The notes below the pieces were generated by a model. It saw only the letters and a list, made by a program, of their open reading frames with translations, was not told the DNA's origin and searched no databases. 21,049 nucleotides of DNA from an uncultured Clostridia bacterium (lineage in GTDB: Bacteria > Bacillota > Clostridia > TANB77 > CAG-508): positions 1 through 21,049 of the forward strand of contig CAUWGC010000022.1 in assembly GCA_963558405.1 (NCBI GenBank), in the 5' to 3' direction. Positions 17,757-21,049 of the stretch are shown in pieces. Positions within the stretch are counted from its first letter, which is position 1; every line of letters starts with the position of its first letter. The translations under genes and the position numbers were made by a program.

Positions 17757-17850
17757 AAACTTTTTTCCCTCCCCCAAACTAATTGATTTTTTATTATGGA
17801 TTAGGTGCATGAAAAAAGACCATTACCCATTTTTTACAATTAGCTAATAT

Positions 17851-17879
17851 AGTATATAATATTTTTATAGTAAAGTCAA
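17851..17879 (-). promoter_or_regulatory. Sigma-A promoter for infA-rpmJ-alpha operon, overlapping the end of map
   Basis: TTGACT (17879-17874), 17 nt, TATACT (17856-17851). Confidence 0.65.
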
Positions 17880-18635
17880 TACTTCTGGCTCATTTTCTGT
17901 AATTAAAATTGTATTTTCATAATGAGCAGATAAACTTCCATCTTCTGTTATAATTGTCCATCCATCTTCTAGCTCTAAAATATTTGGTTTTCCTGCCATT
18001 ACCATAGGTTCTATTGCAAGAGTCATTCCTGGCTCTAGTCTAAGACCTCTTCCTGCTTTGCCATAGTTTGGTATTCCTGGGTCTTCGTGCATTTGTCTTC
18101 CTATTCCATGTCCTTGAAACTCTCTTACTACATTGTATCCATGTGATTCTACAAATTCGCCTATTCTATGCGAAATATCGCCTATTCTAAATCCAGGTTT
18201 TGCAAACTTAATACCCTCAAAAAAAGCTTGTTTTGTTATATCTACAAGTTTTTTTGCATCTTTTGAAGCATTTCCAACAATAAATGTTCTTGCAGCATCT
18301 CCATGAAAACCATTTTTATATGTTACTAAATCAATACTAACAATATCTCCATCTCTAATAATAGTTTTACTAGATGGAATACCATGAATTATTTCGTCAT
18401 TAATAGAAACACATAATGTAGCAGGAAAATCGGGAACACCTTTTATTCCACTTGGATAACCTTTTTGTGCAGGTATTCCTCCATGTTCTTTAATTACTTT
18501 TTCTGCAATTTTATCTAAATCTAAAGTACTCATTCCAACTTTAATTTCTTTTTCTAATACTTCATAAACTAAAGCTGTAATTTTACAAGCTTCTCTCATT
18601 TGTTCTATTTCTTTTTTAGATTTTATAGTAACCAT
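17865..18635 (-). CDS. map: Methionine aminopeptidase type I
   Basis: CVSINDEIIHGIP, GDIVSID, HGDAART, GHGIG...HEDP, AIEPM, SAHYENT. Confidence 0.97.
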   Translation of the reverse strand: MVTIKSKKEIEQMREACKITALVYEVLEKEIKVGMSTLDLDKIAEKVIKEHGGIPAQKGYPSGIKGVPDFPATLCVSINDEIIHGIPSSKTIIRDGDIVSIDLVTYKNGFHGDAARTFIVGNASKDAKKLVDITKQAFFEGIKFAKPGFRIGDISHRIGEFVESHGYNVVREFQGHGIGRQMHEDPGIPNYGKAGRGLRLEPGMTLAIEPMVMAGKPNILELEDGWTIITEDGSLSAHYENTILITENEPEVLTLL

Positions 18636-18658
18636 TTTGTATTTCCTCCCTTTAGGAA

Positions 18659-19324
18659 TTACATTCCTTGTAAATAATCACGAATTTCAATAGCAACATC
18701 TTTTGTAGTTGTATTAGATTCGTTATTTAGTTTTACTGTATATAATATATTTTCTCTTTTATAATAATTAATTAATCCTTCTGATGTATCATGATATGTT
18801 TTTAATCTTTTACGAACTGTTTCTTCATTATCATCAATTCTTTGTACTAATGGTCCTCCACATTTATCACATACACCTTCTTTTTTTGGTGGTCTAAAAT
18901 CCAAGTTGTAAATTTCTCTACAATTTTTATTTATACATGTTCTTCTTTTTACAATTCTATCTACAATGTCATCATCTGGTAAATCTAATTCTACAGCTAC
19001 ATTTACCATTTTACGTTGTAATTTTAATATATAATCTAAAACAATAGCTTGATTTCTTGTTCTTGGAAATCCATCTAAAATAACACCATTCTTTACGTCT
19101 GGTTCTTCTAATCTTTTTTCTACTATCTGAATTGCAAGTTCATCTGGAACTAACAGACCATTTGAAATATAATTTTCTATTTCTTCTCCTAATTTATCAT
19201 GTTTTTTAGCATAACTTCTAAAAATTTCTCCACTTGAAATATGTACTATTCCTAGTTCTTCAGAAAGTAACTTTCCAACTGTTCCTTTTCCAGTACCAGG
19301 AGCTCCTAACATAATAACTACCAT
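18659..19324 (-). CDS. adk: Adenylate kinase with zinc-type LID; start at ATG 19324
   Basis: MLGAPGTGKGT, ILDGFPRT, LID RRTC...C...CDKC, QRIDD. GGAGG RBS. Confidence 0.96.
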   Translation of the reverse strand: MVVIMLGAPGTGKGTVGKLLSEELGIVHISSGEIFRSYAKKHDKLGEEIENYISNGLLVPDELAIQIVEKRLEEPDVKNGVILDGFPRTRNQAIVLDYILKLQRKMVNVAVELDLPDDDIVDRIVKRRTCINKNCREIYNLDFRPPKKEGVCDKCGGPLVQRIDDNEETVRKRLKTYHDTSEGLINYYKRENILYTVKLNNESNTTTKDVAIEIRDYLQGM

Positions 19325-19359
19325 AATGTAATTCCTCCATTTCTTTTTTAACAAAAATT

Positions 19360-19388
19360 ATTATACCATATGAAATGCAAAAAAACAA
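19360..19388 (-). promoter_or_regulatory. Dedicated adk promoter (extended -10)
   Basis: TTGTTT (19388-19383), 17 nt, TATAAT (19365-19360) preceded by TGn. Confidence 0.6.
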
Positions 19389-19390
19389 CA

Positions 19391-19426
19391 AAAAATCTGC
19401 AACCATTATAATGATTGCAGTTTTTT
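19391..19426 (-). terminator. Terminator after the 228-aa gene
   Basis: CTGCAA-CATT / AATG-TTGCAG stem flanked by A and T tracts. Confidence 0.7.
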
Positions 19427-19430
19427 ATAC

Positions 19431-20117
19431 TTATTTTTGTTCTTTTATGCTATATTCTGTTAAATCAGGTAATTTAACTTGTTCATCTGTAACTGTACCC
19501 CAGTTATATTCATACATATAATATGTTTTATATTTTTTCCCATCTTTTTCTACAATTCCTACTGTTATTTTTTTTGGTAATAAATTTTCTTTATTTATCC
19601 AAACTTTTTGTCCAAAATTGTTAAATTTATAGCAATTTGTATCTCCAACTTTTTCGCTTGTTAAACTACTTGTTAAAGAATATATTAAATTATATTTAAA
19701 GCTATCCTCTTCTCCAATATAGCTTGGATTAGGAATATCATTTATTAGTATATTTTCTGGTTTATATTTTATTGCTATTTTTTCATCATTGCTTATTAAC
19801 CATGCTTCATTTGTAGAAATATCTTTATATGCAATTCTATTTCCCTTCATTTTTAAAAGAATTTTACTACCTTTTTTATAAAATTCTGAACTATAAACTG
19901 CATTTTCTCCTTCATAATATGTTATTTTACAATACCCATTATCCTTTTGGTTTATCTCTAAAGCTTTATCTTGGATTTTTTCCAACAACATCATTTTTTG
20001 AAAAGTTAATCCTCCCCATATTATTAGAGCAAGAATAAGAACTATTACCAATACTTTTATAACTTTCTTATTCATTTTTTTAATTTCTTCTTTTGACATT
20101 TTTTCTGATTCTTTCAT
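19431..20117 (-). CDS. Membrane-anchored hypothetical protein, possibly with a LolA-like beta-sheet fold
   Basis: Basic N-terminus, single TM helix, and a beta-strand-rich ectodomain with EKVGDTNCYKF and KVWINKENLLP, reminiscent of LolA/RseB-like families (inference). Confidence 0.7.
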   Translation of the reverse strand: MKESEKMSKEEIKKMNKKVIKVLVIVLILALIIWGGLTFQKMMLLEKIQDKALEINQKDNGYCKITYYEGENAVYSSEFYKKGSKILLKMKGNRIAYKDISTNEAWLISNDEKIAIKYKPENILINDIPNPSYIGEEDSFKYNLIYSLTSSLTSEKVGDTNCYKFNNFGQKVWINKENLLPKKITVGIVEKDGKKYKTYYMYEYNWGTVTDEQVKLPDLTEYSIKEQK

Positions 20118-20149
20118 AAGTTTTTAACCCCTTTCTTTTGTTTGATAGT

Positions 20150-20178
20150 ATTTTATATTTAATTTTATTATTTGTCAA
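20150..20178 (-). promoter_or_regulatory. Sigma-A promoter for the 228-aa gene
   Basis: TTGACA (20178-20173), 17 nt, TAAAAT (20155-20150). Confidence 0.7.
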
Positions 20179-20197
20179 TTAAATTTTTATTCTTATT

Positions 20198-20428
20198 TTA
20201 CGCTACTTTTTCAGTATAATTAATAACTGTAATCTCTGTAATTGCATTTCTTACAGAATTTACTAATTTTTCTAGTTGTTTTGCAACTTCATTACTATAT
20301 GATACCTCACCGCATTGTCTACATACTTGAGATGGTACATTTTTAATAATTATAATACAATTATTCAATTCTACCATAAATGTTGTACTTTTATTTTCTA
20401 AATCTCCTTTACACATAAAACAATTCAT
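20198..20428 (-). CDS. YgiT-type zinc-finger protein (MqsA-family antitoxin-like, no HTH)
   Basis: CFMC...IIIKNVPSQVCRQCGE. Directly abuts the stop codon of the upstream gene. Confidence 0.85.
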   Translation of the reverse strand: MNCFMCKGDLENKSTTFMVELNNCIIIIKNVPSQVCRQCGEVSYSNEVAKQLEKLVNSVRNAITEITVINYTEKVA

Positions 20429-20746
20429 TTATATTTTCTCCTTTCTTGTCTTTAAATTATCTTCCCATTTTATATTATCTGGATAATATGCTGTAATTAT
20501 CCATAATTCTGTTTCATTTACCCCACATACTATATGTAAAACTTCATTATTTAAGTTTATTCCATATACTAAGCAGCTTGGATATGGATAATCATTTTCA
20601 TATTCTTCTATTATTTCTCCATTTAACAATGCATTTTCAATATCTCTCTGTGTTATATTTCTTTGAAATAGTCTTATTACAACATGATTTGTCCATCTAA
20701 TCTTTTCTTCTTTAACCATTTGTTTTATAATATCTATTTTCTTCAT
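20429..20746 (-). CDS. DUF4258 family putative toxin (RelE/BrnT-like RNase fold inferred)
   Basis: WTNH...RNI, GEIIEEY..D.PYPSCLVYG, LHIVC, IITAYYPD..W. Confidence 0.8.
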   Translation of the reverse strand: MKKIDIIKQMVKEEKIRWTNHVVIRLFQRNITQRDIENALLNGEIIEEYENDYPYPSCLVYGINLNNEVLHIVCGVNETELWIITAYYPDNIKWEDNLKTRKEKI

Positions 20747-20830
20747 AAATACCTCACTTTATTCTTAATATATATTATCATAATATTATTAAAAATTCTA
20801 TAAGATTTTAATTTTTATTTTAAATAATAC

Positions 20831-20863
20831 AAAAAAATAGATGCTATAAAGCATCCATTTTTT
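20831..20863 (-). terminator. Terminator after secY
   Basis: Minus strand AAAAAATGGATGCT-TTAT-AGCATCTATTTTTTT. Confidence 0.8.
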
Positions 20864-20868
20864 ATTTT

Positions 20869-20994
20869 CTATTCTAAGAATCCTTTGTAATGTCTCATTA
20901 CAAGTTGTGATTCTAGTTGTTGTACTGTTTCTAATGCTACACCTACTACAATTAGTATAGAAGTACCACCAAATGCTAGATTTAATGTTGTAAA
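20869..20994 (-). CDS. secY: 3' fragment of preprotein translocase SecY (last 41 aa only)
   Basis: Manual translation [41 protein letters not shown]. Similarity to SecY stops abruptly upstream of 20994. Confidence 0.9.
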   Translation of the reverse strand, partial: FTTLNLAFGGTSILIVVGVALETVQQLESQLVMRHYKGFLE

Positions 20995-20995
20995 T

Positions 20996-21049
20996 CGGGA
21001 GTTTGACAGTTTTGAATCCAAAAAATCTTTGAAAGCATTATGAATGCTT
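20996..21049. mobile_element. Probable insertion sequence terminus (IS1634-family-like), truncated by the window edge
   Basis: Non-secY sequence beginning CGGGAGTTTGACAG with subterminal inverted repeat AAGCATT-ATG-AATGCTT (21033-21049). Resemblance to IS1634-type ends is from recall; no transposase is visible. Confidence 0.45.

Noticed and set aside
12341-19354. N-terminal extensions of RecD2, S13, IF-1 and Adk given by the ORF track
   Set aside because: Downstream starts have proper RBSs and match the family N-termini; the extensions run through RBS or promoter DNA.
132-20038. All other plus-strand ORFs in the track
   Set aside because: They overlap confidently assigned minus-strand genes and show no recognisable motifs or RBS.
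251-20746. Alternative genetic code or widespread frameshifting
   Set aside because: All conserved genes are intact under the standard bacterial code, and AGG encodes Arg at a conserved position (RecD2 NAHR).
20994-21049. Group II intron 3' end in secY (minus strand ...CTCCCGAT)
   Set aside because: It ends in AT, but no domain V or purine-rich domain VI 5' arm is visible in the available 55 nt; an IS terminus fits better.

Overview
Very AT-rich window from a spore-forming Clostridia-type Firmicute (inferred from spoVT, gene content and promoter motifs). Every convincing CDS is on the minus strand. In transcription order (right to left): an IS-like terminus abutting a 3' fragment of secY; a DUF4258 / YgiT-type zinc-finger toxin-antitoxin-like pair; a membrane-anchored hypothetical; adk-map-infA-rpmJ-rpsM-rpsK-rpsD-rpoA-rplQ; metK; a small GT2-like membrane protein; a tightly spaced recD2-comF-KAP NTPase-N/Q-repeat surface protein cluster; spoVT; a ~190-nt structured non-coding element between convergent promoters; recG; a cytoplasmic GH13 glucanase; and a strong promoter with a boxA-like motif running off the left edge (probable rRNA operon leader). 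The least explained features are (1) the 4387-4643 sense/antisense RNA module, which has type I toxin-antitoxin architecture but an apparently broken peptide ORF, (2) the secY fragment fused to a probable IS1634-family end, possibly a long target-site duplication, and (3) the KAP NTPase / surface protein pair behind recD2-comF. All family assignments are from motif recognition by eye; no searches were run.
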